Program-made: the position numbers and the translations under genes
The notes under the pieces: generated by a model
What the model saw: only the letters and a program-made list of their open reading frames with translations
Database searches by the model: none
Told to the model about the DNA's origin: nothing
From: Azolla caroliniana
Lineage: Eukaryota > Plantae > Polypodiophyta
Direction: 5' to 3'
Length of the DNA: 59,496 bases
Assembly (NCBI GenBank): GCA_043228905.1
Contig: JBHGNT010000178.1
Coordinates: 1 to 59,496, forward strand
Shown: positions 38,301 through 51,800 of the stretch, piece after piece
Numbering within the stretch: the first letter of the stretch is position 1
How the letters are laid out: each line of letters opens with the position of its first letter

Positions 38301-41300
38301 CGTTGTTAGCTTCGATTCGCATGTTTGAACACAAAAATCCGATATTACACGAGCCAGTTATGAACATTTTCATTTACTCAAGGGCTCCTCTCAACTCACT
38401 CCTCAAATTTGGTAATTTCTTCATGTCTCTCGACCTGAGTTTCAAAATCTTGATTTTTTATTTCCATATCATAGCTAGCGTTGTTAGCTTCGATTCGCAT
38501 GTTTGAACACAAAAATCCGATATAATACAAGCCAGGTATGAACATTTTAATTTACTCAAGGGCTCCTCTCAACTCACTCCTCCAATTTGGTAATTCCGTC
38601 ATGTGTCTCGACCTGAGTTTCAAAATCTTGATTTTTTAATTCCGTATCATACCTAGCGTTGTTAGCTTCGATTCGCATGTTTGACCACAAAAATCCGATA
38701 TCACACGAGCCAGGTATGAACATTTTGATTTACTCAAGGGCTCCTCTCAACTCACTCCTCAAATTTGGTAATTCCGTCATGTATCTCGACCTGAGTTTCA
38801 AAATCTTGATTTTTTAATTCCATATCAGAGCTAGCGTTGTTAGCTTCGATTCCCATGTTTGAACACAAAAATCCGATATGATACGTGCCAGGTATGAACA
38901 TTTTAATTTACTCAAGGGCTCCTCTCAACTCACTCCTCAAATTTGGAAATTTCGTCATGTCTCTCGACCTGAGTTTCAAAATCTTGATTTTTTAATTCCA
39001 TATCATAAATCCGATATTACACGAGCCAGGTATGAACATTTTCATTTACTCAAGGGCTCCTCTCCACTACTTCCTCAAGTTTGCTAATTTCGTCATCTCT
39101 CTCGACCTGAGTTTCAAAATCTTGATTTTTTAATTCCATATCATAGCTAGCGTTGTTAGCTTCGATTCACATGTTTGAACACAAAAATCCGATATCACAC
39201 GAGCCAGGTATGGACATTTTCATTTACTCAAGGGCTCCTCTCCACTACTTCCTCAAGTTTGCTAATTTCGTCATCTCTCTCGACCTGAGTTTCAAAATCT
39301 TGATTTTTTAATTCCATATCATAGGTAGCGTTGTTAGCTTCAATTCGCATGTTTGAACACAAAAATCCGATATTACACGAGCCAGGTATGAACATTTTAA
39401 TTTACTCAAGGGCTCCTCTCAACTCACTCCTCAAATTTGGTAATTTCGTCATGTCTCTCGACCTGAGTTTGAACACAAATATACGATATCACACGAGCCA
39501 GGTATGAACTATTTAATTTACCTCCTAGCTCTTCTCAACTCACTCCTCAAATTTGGAAATTTCGTCATGTCTCTCGACCTGAGTATCAAAATCTTGATTT
39601 TTTAATTCCATATCATAGCTAGCGTTGTTAGCTTCGATTCGCATGTTTGAACACAAAAATCCGATATTACACGAGCCAGGTATGAACATTTTGATTTACT
39701 CAAGGGCTCCTCTCAAGTCACTCCTCAAATTTGGTAATTTCTTCAAGTCTCTCGACCTGAGTTTCAAAATCTTGATTTTTTAATTCCATATCATAGCTAG
39801 CGTTGTTAGCTTCGATTCGCATGTTTGAATACAAAAACCCTATATTACACGAGCCAGGTATGAACATTTTAATTTACTCAAGGGCTCCTCTCAACTCACT
39901 CCTCAAATTTGGTAATTCCGTCATGTATCTCGACCTGAGTTTCAAAATCTTGATTTTTTAATTCCATATCAGAGATAGCGTTGTTATCTTCGATTCCCAT
40001 GTTTGAACACAAAAATCCGATATCACACGTGCCAGGTATGAACATTTTCATTTACTCAAGGGCTCCTCTCAACTCACTACTCAAATTTGGTAATTTCGTC
40101 ATGTCTCTCGACCTGAGTTTCAAAATCTTGATTTTTTAATTCCATATCATAGCTAGCGTTGTTAGCTTCGATTCGCATGTTTGAACACAAAAATCCGATA
40201 TGATACGAGCCAGGTATGAACTATTTAATTTACTCAAGGGCTCCTCTCAACTCACTCCTCAAATTTGGAAATTTCGTCATGTCTCTCGACCTGAGTTTCA
40301 AAATCTTGATTTTTTAATTCCATGTCATAGCTAGCGTTGTTAGCTTCGATTCGCATGTTTGAACACAAAAATCCGATATTACACGAGCCAGGTATGAACA
40401 TTTTAATTTACTCAAGGGCTGCTCTCAACTCACTCCTCCAATTTGGTAATTCCGTCATGTGTCTCGACCTGAGTTTCAAAATCTTGATTTTTTAATTCCG
40501 TATCATACCTAGCGTTGTTAGCTTCGATTCGCATGTTTGACCACAAAAATCCGATATCACACGAGCCAAGTATGAACATTTTAATTTACCTCCTAGCTCT
40601 TCTCCACTCACTCCTCAAATTTGGTAATTTCTTTATGTCTCTCGACCTGAGTTTCAAAATCTTGATTTTTTAATTCCATATCATAGCTAGCGTTGTTAGC
40701 TTCGATTCGCATGTTTGAACACAAAAATCCTATATTACACGAGCCAGGTATGAACATTTTGATTTACTCAAGGGCTCCTCTCAACTCACTCCTCAAATTT
40801 GGTAATTCCGTCATGTATCTCGACCTGAGTTTCAAAATCTTGATTTTTTAATTCCATATCAGAGCTAGCGTTGTTAGCTTCGATTCCCATGTTTGAACAC
40901 AAAAATCCGATATAATACGTGCCAGGTATGAACATTTTAATTTACTCAAGGGCTCCTCTCAACTCACTCCTCAAATTTGGAAATTTCGTCATGTCTCTCG
41001 ACCTGAGTTTCAAAATCTTGATTTTTTAATTCCATATCATAGCTAGCGTTGTTAGCTTCAATTCGCATGTTTGAACACAAAAATCCGATATCACACGAGC
41101 CAGGTATGGACATTTTCATTTACTCAAGGGCTCCTCCCCACTACTTCCTCAAGTTTGCTAATTTCATCATCTTTCTCGACCTGAGTGTCAAAATCTTGAT
41201 TTTTTTATTCCATATCATAGCTAGCGTTGTTAGCTTCGATTCGCATGTTTGAACACAAAAATCCGATATTACACGAGCCAGTTATGAACATTTTCATTTA

Positions 41301-44300
41301 CTCAAGGGCTCCTCTCAACTCACTCCTCAAATTTGGTAATTTCTTCATGTCTCTCGACCTGAGTTTCAAAATCTTGATTTTTTATTTCCATATCATAGCT
41401 AGCGTTGTTAGCTTCGATTCGCATGTTTGAACACAAAAATCCGATATAATACAAGCCAGGTATGAACATTTTAATTTACTCAAGGGCTCCTCTCAACTCA
41501 CTCCTCCAATTTGGTAATTCCGTCATGTGTCTCGACCTGAGTTTCAAAATCTTGATTTTTTAATTCCGTATCATACCTAGCGTTGTTAGCTTCGATTCGC
41601 ATGTTTGACCACAAAAATCCGATATCACACGAGCCAAGTATGAACATTTTAATTTACCTCCTAGCTCTTCTCCACTCACTCCTCAAATTTGGTAATTTCT
41701 TCATGTCTCTCGACCTGAGTTTCAGAATCTTGATTTTTTAATTCCATATCATAGCTAGCGTTGTTAGCTTCGATTCGCATGTTTGAACACAAAAATCCTA
41801 TATTACACGAGCCAGGTATGAACATTTTGATTTACTCAAGGGCTCCTCTCAACTCACTCCTCAAATTTGGTAATTCCGTCATGTATCTCGACCTGAGTTT
41901 CAAAATCTTGATTTTTTAATTCCATATCAGAGCTAGCGTTGTTAGCTTCGATTCCCATGTTTGAACACAAAAATCCGATATGATACGTGCCAGGTATGAA
42001 CATTTTAATTTACTCAAGGGCTCCTCTCAACTCACTCCTCAAATTTGGAAATTTCGTCATGTCTCTCGACCTGAGTTTCAAAATCTTGATTTTTTAATTC
42101 CATATCATAGCTAGTGTTGTTAGCTTCAATTCGCATGTTTGAACACAAAAATCCGATATCACACGAGCCAGGTATGGACATTTTCATTTACTCAAGGGCT
42201 CCTCCCCACTACTTCCTCAAGTTTGCTAATTTCATCATCTTTCTCGACCTGAGTGTCAAAATCTTGATTTTTTAATTCCATATCATAGCTAGCGTTGTTA
42301 GCTTCGATTCGCATGTTTGAACACAAAAATCCGATATTACACGAGCCAGTTATGAACATTTTCATTTACTCAAGGGCTCCTCTCCACTCACTCCTCAAAT
42401 TTGGTAATTTCTTCAAGTCTCTCGACCTGAGTTTCAAAATCTTGATTTTTTAATTCCATATCATAGCTAGCGTTGTTAGCTTCGATTCGCATGTTTGAAC
42501 ACAAAAACCCTATATTACACGAGCCAGGTATGAACATTTAAATTTACTCAAGGGCTCCTCTCAACTCACTCCTCCAATTTGGTAATTCCGTCATGTGTCT
42601 CGACCTGAGTTTCAAAATCTTGATTTTTTAATTCCGTATCATACCTAGCGTTGTTAGCTTCAATTCGCATGTTTGACCACAAAAATCGGATATCACACGA
42701 GCCAAGTATGAACATTTTAATTTACCTCCTAGCTCTTCTCCACTCACTCCTCAAATTTGGTAATTTCTTCATGTCTCTCGACCTGAGTTTCAAAATCTTG
42801 ATGTTTTAATTCCATATCATAGCTAGCGTTGTTAGCTTCGATTCGCATGTTTGAACACAAAAATCCTATATTACACGAGCCAGGTATGAACATTTTAATT
42901 TAATCAAGGGCTCCTCTCAACTCACTCCTCAAATTTGGTAATTCCGTCATGTATCTCGACCTGAGTTTCAAAACCTTGATTTTTTAATTCCATATCAGAG
43001 CTAGCGTTGTTAGCTTCGATTCGCATGTTTGAACACAAAAATCCGATATCACACGAGCCAGGTATGGACATTTTCATTTACTCAAGGGCTCCTCCCCACT
43101 ACTTCCTCAAGTTTGCTAATTTCATCATCTTTCTCGACCTGAGTGTCAAAATCTTGATTTTTTTATTCCATATCATAGCTAGCGTTGTTAGCTTCGATTC
43201 GCATGTTTGAACACAAAAATCCGATATTACACGAGCCAGTTATGAACATTTTCATTTACTCAAGGGCTCCTCTCAACTCACTCCTCAAATTTGGTAATTT
43301 CTTCATGTCTCTCGACCTGAGTTTCAAAATCTTGATTTTTTATTTCCATATCATAGCTAGCGTTGTTAGCTTCGATTCGCATGTTTGAACACAAAAATCC
43401 GATATAATACAAGCCAGGTATGAACATTTTAATTTACTCAAGGGCTCCTCTCAACTCACTCCTCCAATTTGGTAATTCCGTCATGTGTCTCGACCTGAGT
43501 TTCAAAATCTTGATTTTTTAATTCCGTATCATACCTAGCGTTGTTAGCTTCGATTCGCATGTTTGACCACAAAAATCCGATATCACACGAGCCAGGTATG
43601 AACATTTTGATTTACTCAAGGGCTCCTCTCAACTCACTCCTCAAATTTGGTAATTCCGTCATGTATCTCGACCTGAGTTTCAAAATCTTGATTTTTTAAT
43701 TCCATATCAGAGCTAGCGTTGTTAGCTTCGATTCCCATGTTTGAACACAAAAATCCGATATGATACGTGCCAGGTATGAACATTTTAATTTACTCAAGGG
43801 CTCCTCTCAACTCACTCCTCAAATTTGGAAATTTCGTCATGTCTCTCGACCTGAGTTTCAAAATCTTGATTTTTTAATTCCATATCATAAATCCGATATT
43901 ACACGAGCCAGGTATGAACATTTTCATTTACTCAAGGGCTCCTCTCCACTACTTCCTCAAGTTTGCTAATTTCGTCATCTCTCTCGACCTGAGTTTCAAA
44001 ATCTTGATTTTTTAATTCCATATCATAGCTAGCGTTGTTAGCTTCGATTCACATGTTTGAACACAAAAATCCGATATCACACGAGCCAGGTATGGACATT
44101 TTCATTTACTCAAGGGCTCCTCTCCACTACTTCCTCAAGTTTGCTAATTTCGTCATCTCTCTCGACCTGAGTTTCAAAATCTTGATTTTTTAATTCCATA
44201 TCATAGGTAGCGTTGTTAGCTTCAATTCGCATGTTTGAACACAAAAATCCGATATTACACGAGCCAGGTATGAACATTTTAATTTACTCAAGGGCTCCTC

Positions 44301-45150
44301 TCAACTCACTCCTCAAATTTGGTAATTTCGTCATGTCTCTCGACCTGAGTTTGAACACAAATATACGATATCACACGAGCCAGGTATGAACTATTTAATT
44401 TACCTCCTAGCTCTTCTCAACTCACTCCTCAAATTTGGAAATTTCGTCATGTCTCTCGACCTGAGTATCAAAATCTTGATTTTTTAATTCCATATCATAG
44501 CTAGCGTTGTTAGCTTCGATTCGCATGTTTGAACACAAAAATCCGATATTACACGAGCCAGGTATGAACATTTTGATTTACTCAAGGGCTCCTCTCAAGT
44601 CACTCCTCAAATTTGGTAATTTCTTCAAGTCTCTCGACCTGAGTTTCAAAATCTTGATTTTTTAATTCCATATCATAGCTAGCGTTGTTAGCTTCGATTC
44701 GCATGTTTGAATACAAAAACCCTATATTACACGAGCCAGGTATGAACATTTTAATTTACTCAAGGGCTCCTCTCAACTCACTCCTCAAATTTGGTAATTC
44801 CGTCATGTATCTCGACCTGAGTTTCAAAATCTTGATTTTTTAATTCCATATCAGAGATAGCGTTGTTATCTTCGATTCCCATGTTTGAACACAAAAATCC
44901 GATATCACACGTGCCAGGTATGAACATTTTCATTTACTCAAGGGCTCCTCTCAACTCACTACTCAAATTTGGTAATTTCGTCATGTCTCTCGACCTGAGT
45001 TTCAAAATCTTGATTTTTTAATTCCATATCATAGCTAGCGTTGTTAGCTTCGATTCGCATGTTTGAACACAAAAATCCGATATGATACGAGCCAGGTATG
45101 AACTATTTAATTTACTCAAGGGCTCCTCTCAACTCACTCCTCAAATTTGG
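35363..45150. repeat. 4882-bp tandem duplication (28 monomers minus a 40-bp and a 62-bp deletion)
   Basis: Private variants and deletions repeat at a 4882 offset (39007/43889, 39470/44352; ORF pairs 36167/41049 and 38878/43760). 28x178-102=4882. Confidence 0.92.
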
Positions 45151-48100
45151 TAATTCCGTCATGTGTCTCGACCTGAGTTTCAAAATCTTGATTTTTTAAT
45201 TCCGTATCATACCTAGCGTTGTTAGGTTCGATTCGCATGTTTGACCACAAAAATCCGATATCACACGAGCCAAGTATGAACATTTAAATTTACCTCCTAG
45301 CTCTTCTCCACTCACTCCTCAAATATGGTAATTTCTTCAAGTCTCTCGACCTGAGTTTCAAAATCTTGATTTTTTAATTCCATATCATAGCTAGCATTGT
45401 TAGCTTCGATTCGCATGTTTGAACACAAAAATCCGATATCACACGAGCCAGGTATGAACTATTTAATTTACCTCCTAGCTCTTCTCAACTCACTCCTCAA
45501 ATTTGGAAATTTTGTCATGTCTCTCGACCTGAGTTTCAAAATATTGATTTCTTAATTCCATATCATAGCTAGCGTTGTTAGCTTCGATTCGCATGTTTGA
45601 ACACAAAAATCCGATATTACACGAGCCAGGTATGAATATTTTCATTTACTGAAGGGCTCCTCTCAAGTCACTCCTCAAATTTGGTAATTTCGTCATGTCT
45701 CTCGACCTGAGTTTCAAAATCTTCATTTTTTAATTCCATATCATAGCCAGCGTTGTTAGCTTCGATTCGCATGTTTGAACACAAATATACGATATCACAC
45801 GAGCCAGGTATGACCTATTTAATTTACCTCCTAGCTCTTCTCAACTCACTCCTCAAATTTGGAAATTTCGTCATGTCTCTCGACCTGAGTTTCAAAATCT
45901 TGATTTTTTAATTCCATGTCATAGCTAGCGTTGTTAGCTTCGATTCGCATGTTTGAACACAGAAATCCGATATTACACGAGCCAGGTATGAACATTTTCA
46001 TTTACTCAAGGGCTCTTCTCAAGTCACTCCTCAAATTTGGTAATTTCTTCATGTCTCTCGACCTGAGTTTCAAAATCTTGATTTTTTAATTCCATATCAT
46101 AGCTAGCGTTGTTAGCTTCGATTCGCATGTTTGAACACAAAAATCCTATATTACACGAGCCAGGTATGAACATTTTAATTTAATCAAGGGCTCCTCTCAA
46201 CTCACTCCTCAAATTTGGTAATTCCGTCATGTATCTCGACCTGAGTTTCAAAACCTTGATTTTTTAATTCCATATCAGAGCTAGCGTTGTTAGCTTCGAT
46301 TCCCATGTTTGAACACAAAAATCCGATATGATACGTGCCAGGTATGAACATTTTAATTTACTCAGGGCTCCTCTCAACTCACTCCTCAAATTTGGAAATT
46401 TCTTGATGTCTCTCGACCTGAGTTTCAAAATCTTGATTTTTTAATTCCATATCATAGCTAGCGTTGTTAGCTTCAATTCGCATGTTTGAACACAAAAATC
46501 CGATATCACACGAGCCAGGTATGGACATTTTCATTTACTCAAGGGCTCCTCTCAACTCACTCCTCAAATTTGGTAATTTCTTCATGTCTCTCGACCTGAG
46601 TTTCAAAATCTTGATTTTTTAATTCCATATCATAGCTAGCATTGTTAGCTTCGATTCGCATGTTTGAACACAAATATACGATATCACACGAGCCAGGTAT
46701 GAACTATTTAATTTACCTCCTAGCTCTTCTCAACTCACTCCTCAAATTTGGAAATTTCGTCATGTCTCTCGACCTGAGTTTCAAAATCTTGATTTTTTAA
46801 TTCCATGTCATAGCTAGCGTTGTTAGCTTCGATTCGCATGTTTGAACACAAAAATCCGATATTACACGAGCCAGGTATGAACATTTTCATTTACTCAAGG
46901 GCTCCTCTCAACTCACTACTCAAATTTGGTAATTTCGTCATGTCTCTCGACCTGAGTTTCAAAATCTTGATTTTTTAATTCCATATCATAGCTAGCGTTG
47001 TTAGCTTCGATTCGCATGTTTGAACACATAAATCCGATATGATACGAGCCAGGTATGAACATTTTAATTTACTCAAGGGCTCCTCTCAACTCACTCCTCC
47101 AATTTGGTAATTCCGTCATGTGTCTCGACCTGAGTTTCAAAATCTTGATTTTTTAATTCCGTATCATACCTAGCGTTGTTAGCTTCGATTCGCATGTTTG
47201 AACACAAATATACGATATCACACGAGCCAGGTATGAACTATTTAATTTACCTCCTAGCTCTTCTCAACTCACTCCTCAAATTTGGAAATTTCGTCATGTC
47301 TCTCGACCTGAGTTTCAAAATCTTGATTTTTTAATTCCATATGATAGCTAGCGTTGTTAGCTTCGATTCGCATGTTTGAACACAAAAATCCGATATTACA
47401 CGAGCCAGGTATGAACATTTTCATTTACTCAAGGGCTCCTCTCAACTCACTACTCAAATTTGGAAATTTCGTCATGTCTCTCGACCTGAGTTTTAAAATC
47501 TTGATTTTTTAATTCCATATCATAGCTAGCGTTGTTAGCTTCGATTCGCATGTTTGAACACAAAAATCCGATATTACACGAGCCAGGTATGAACATTTTC
47601 ATTTACTCAAGGGCTCCTCTCAACTCACTCCTCAAATTTGGTAATTTCTTCATGTCTCTCGACCTGAGTTTCAAAATCTTGATTTTTTAATTCCATATCA
47701 TAGCTAGCGTTGTTAGCTTCGATTCGCATGTTTGAACACAAAAATCCGATATAATACGAGCCAGGTATGAACATTTTAATTTACTCAAGGGCTCCTCTCA
47801 ACTCACTCCTCCAATTTGGTAATTCCGTCATGTGTCTCGACCTGAGTTTCAAAATCTTGATTTTTTAATTCCGTATCATACCTAGCGTTGTTAGCTTCGA
47901 TTCGCATGTTTGACCACAAAAATCCGATATCACACGAGCCAAGTATGAACATTTTAATTTACCTCCTAGCTCTTCTCCACTCACTCCTCAAATTTGGAAA
48001 TTTCGTCATGTCTCTCGACCTGAGTTTCAAAATCTTGATTTTTTAATTCCATGTCATAGCTAGCGTTGTTAGCTTCGATTCGCATGTTTGAACACAAAAA

Positions 48101-48770
48101 TCCGATATTACACGAGCCAGGTATGAACATTTTCATTTACTGAAGGGCTCCTCTCAACTCACTCCTCAAATTTGGTAATTTCTTCATGTCTCTCGACCTG
48201 AGTTTCAAAATCTTGATTTCTTAATTCCATATCATAGCTAGCGTTGTTAGCTTCGATTCGCATGTTTGAACACAAATATACGATATCACACGAGCCAGGT
48301 ATGAACTATTTAATTTACCTCCTAGCTCTTCTCAACTCACTCCTCAAATTTGGTAATTTCGTCATGTCTCTCGACCTGAGTTTCAAAATCTTGATTTTTT
48401 AATTCCATATCATAGCTAGCATTGTTAGCTTCGATTCGCATGTTTGAACACAAAAATCCGATATCACACGAGCCAGGTATGAACTATTTAATTTACCTCC
48501 TAGCTCTTCTCAACTCACTCCTCAAATTTGGAAATTTTGTCATGTCTCTCGACCTGAGTTTCAAAATCTTGATTTTTTAATTCCATGTCATAGCTAGCGT
48601 TGTTAGCTTCGATTCGCATGTTTGAACACAAAAATCCGATATTACACGAGCCAGGTATGAACATTTTCATTTACTCAAGGGCTCCTCTCAACTCACTACT
48701 CAAATTTGGTAATTTCGTCATGTCTCTCGACCTGAGTTTCAAAATCTTCATTTTTTAATTCCATATCATA

Positions 48771-48843
48771 GCTAGCGTTGTTAGCTTCGATTCCCATGTT
48801 TGAACACAAAAATCCGATATGATACGTGCCAGGTATGAACATA
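48771..48843. other. 73-bp truncated monomer (105-bp deletion at a CAT microhomology), single copy
   Basis: Reads GGTATGAA-CAT-AGCTAGCG, joining monomer positions 70-72 to 175-177. Confidence 0.9.
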
Positions 48844-51800
48844 GCTAGCGTTGTTAGCTTCGATTCGCATGTTTGAACACAAAAATCCGATATTACACGA
48901 GCCAGGTATGAACATTTTCATTTACTGAAGGGCTCCTCTCAACTCACTCCTCAAATTTGGTAATTTCTTCATGTCTCTCGACCTGAGTTTCAAAATCTTG
49001 ATTTCTTAATTCCATATCATAGCTAGCGTTGTTAGCTTCGATTCGCATGTTTGAACACAAATATACGATATCACACGAGCCAGGTATGAACTATTTAATT
49101 TACCTCCTAGCTCTTCTCAACTCACTCCTCAAATTTGGTAATTTCTTCATGTCTCTCGACCTGAGTTTCAAAATCTTGATTTTTTAATTCCATATCATAG
49201 CTAGCATTGTTAGCTTCGATTCGCATGTTTGAACACAAAAATCCGATATCACACGAGCCAGGTATGAACATTTTCATTTACTCAAGGGCTCTTCTCAAGT
49301 CACTCCTCAAATTTGGTAATTTCTTCATGTCTCTCGACCTGAGTTTCAAAATCTTGATTTTTTAATTCCATATCATAGCTAGCGTTGTTAGCTTCGATTC
49401 GCATGTTTGAACACAAAAATCCTATATTACACGAGCCAGGTATGAACATTTTAATTTAATCAAGGGCTCCTCTCAACTCACTCCTCAAATTTGGTAATTC
49501 CGTCATGTATCTCGACCTGAGTTTCAAAACCTTGATTTTTTAATTCCATATCAGAGCTAGCGTTGTTAGCTTCGATTCCCATGTTTGAACACAAAAATCC
49601 GATATGATACGTGCCAGGTATGAACATTTTAATTTACTCAGGGCTCCTCTCAACTCACTCCTCAAATTTGGAAATTTCTTGATGTCTCTCGACCTGAGTT
49701 TCAAAATCTTGATTTTTTAATTCCATATCATAGCTAGCGTTGTTAGCTTCGATTCGCATGTTTGAACACAAATATACGATATCACACGAGCCAGGTATGA
49801 CCTATTTAATTTACCTCCTAGCTCTTCTCAACTCACTCCTCAAATTTGGAAATTTCGTCATGTCTCTCGACCTGAGTTTCAAAATCTTGATTTTTTAATT
49901 CCATGTCATAGCTAGCGTTGTTAGCTTCGATTCGCATGTTTGAACACAAAAATCCGATATTACACGAGCCAGGTATGAACATTTTCATTTACTCAAGGGC
50001 TCCTCTCAAGTCACTCCTCAAATTTGGTAATTTCTTCATGTCTCTCGACCTGAGTTTCAAAATCTTGATTTTTTAATTCCATATCATAGCTAGCGTTGTT
50101 AGCTTCGATTCGCATGTTTGAACACAAATATACGATATCACACGAGCCAGGTATGAACTATTTAATTTACCTCCTAGCTCTTCTCAACTCACTCCTCAAA
50201 TTTGGAAATTTCGTCATGTCTCTCGACCTGAGTATCAAAATCTTGATTTTTTAATTCCATATCATAGCTAGCGTTGTTAGCTTCGATTCGCATGTTTGAA
50301 CACAAAAATCCGATATTACACGAGCCAGGTATGAACATTTTCATTTACTCAAGGGCTCCTCTCAACTCACTACTCAAATTTGGAAATTTCGTCATGTCTC
50401 TCGACCTGAGTTTTAAAATCTTGATTTTTTAATTCAAGATTATAGCTAGCGTTGTTAGCTTCGATTCGCATGTTTGAACACAAAAATCCGATATTACACG
50501 AGCCAGTTATGAACATTTTCATTTACTCAAGGGCTCCTCTCAACTCACTCCTCAAATTTGGTAATTTCTTCATGTCTCTCGACCTGAGTGTCAAAATCTT
50601 GATTTTTTAATTCCATATCATAGCTAGCGTTGTTAGCTTCGATTCGCATGTTTGAACACAAAAATCCGATATAATACGAGCCAGGTATGAACATTTTAAT
50701 TTACTTAAGGGCTCCTCTCAACTCACTACTCAAATTTGGTAATTTAGTCATGTCTCTCGACCTGAGTTTCAAAATCTTGATTTTTTAATTCCGTATCATA
50801 GCTAGCGTTGTTAGCTTCGATTCGCATGTTTGAACACAAAAATCCGATATAATACGAGCCAGGTATGAACATTTTAATTTACTCAAGGGCTCCTCTCAAC
50901 TCACTACTCAAATTTGGTAATTTCGTCATGTCTCTCGACCTGAGTTTCAAAATCTTGATTTTTTAATTCCATATCATAGCTAGCGTTGTTAGCTTCGATT
51001 CGCATGTTTGAACACAAATATACGATATCACACGAGCCAGGTATGACCTATTTAATTTACCTCCTAGCTCTTCTCAACTCACTCCTCAAATTTGGAAATT
51101 TCGTCATGTCTCTCGACCTGAGTTTCAAAATCTTGATTTTTTAATTCCATGTCATAGCTAGCGTTGTTAGCTTCGATTCGCATGTTTGAACACAAAAATC
51201 CGATATGATACGAGCCAGGTATGAACATTTTAATTTACTCAAGGGCTCCTCTCAACTCACTCCTCCAATTTGGTAATTCCGTCATGTGTCTCGACCTGAG
51301 TTTCAAAATCTTGATTTTTTAATTCCGTATCATAGCTAGCGTTGTTAGCTTCGATTCGCATGTTTGAACACAAAAATCCGATATCACACGTGCCAGGTAT
51401 GAACATTTTCATTTACTCAAGGGCTCCTCTCAACTCACTACTCAAATTTGGTAATTTCGTCATGTCTCTCGACCTGAGTTTCAAAATCTTGATTTTTTAA
51501 TTCCATATCATAGCTAGCGTTGTTAGCTTCGATTCGCATGTTTGAACACAAAAATCCGATATGATACGAGCCAGGTATGAACATTTTAATTTACGCAAGG
51601 GCTCCTCTCAACTCACTCCTCAAATTTGGTAATTCCGTCATGTGTCTCGACCTGAGTTTCAAAATCTTGATTTTTTAATTCCGTATCATACCTAGCGTTG
51701 TTAGGTTCGATTCGCATGTTTGACCACAAAAATCCGATATCACACGAGCCAAGTATGAACATTTTAATTTACCTCCTAGCTCTTCTCCACTCACTCCTCA

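Noticed and set aside
1197-43969. The 24 ORFs of 67-80 aa (MLASIRMFEHKN... and similar)
   Set aside because: They are translations of satellite monomers, mostly from TTG starts. They pass the length cutoff only where an indel or point change removes a stop. There is no domain similarity or gene context.
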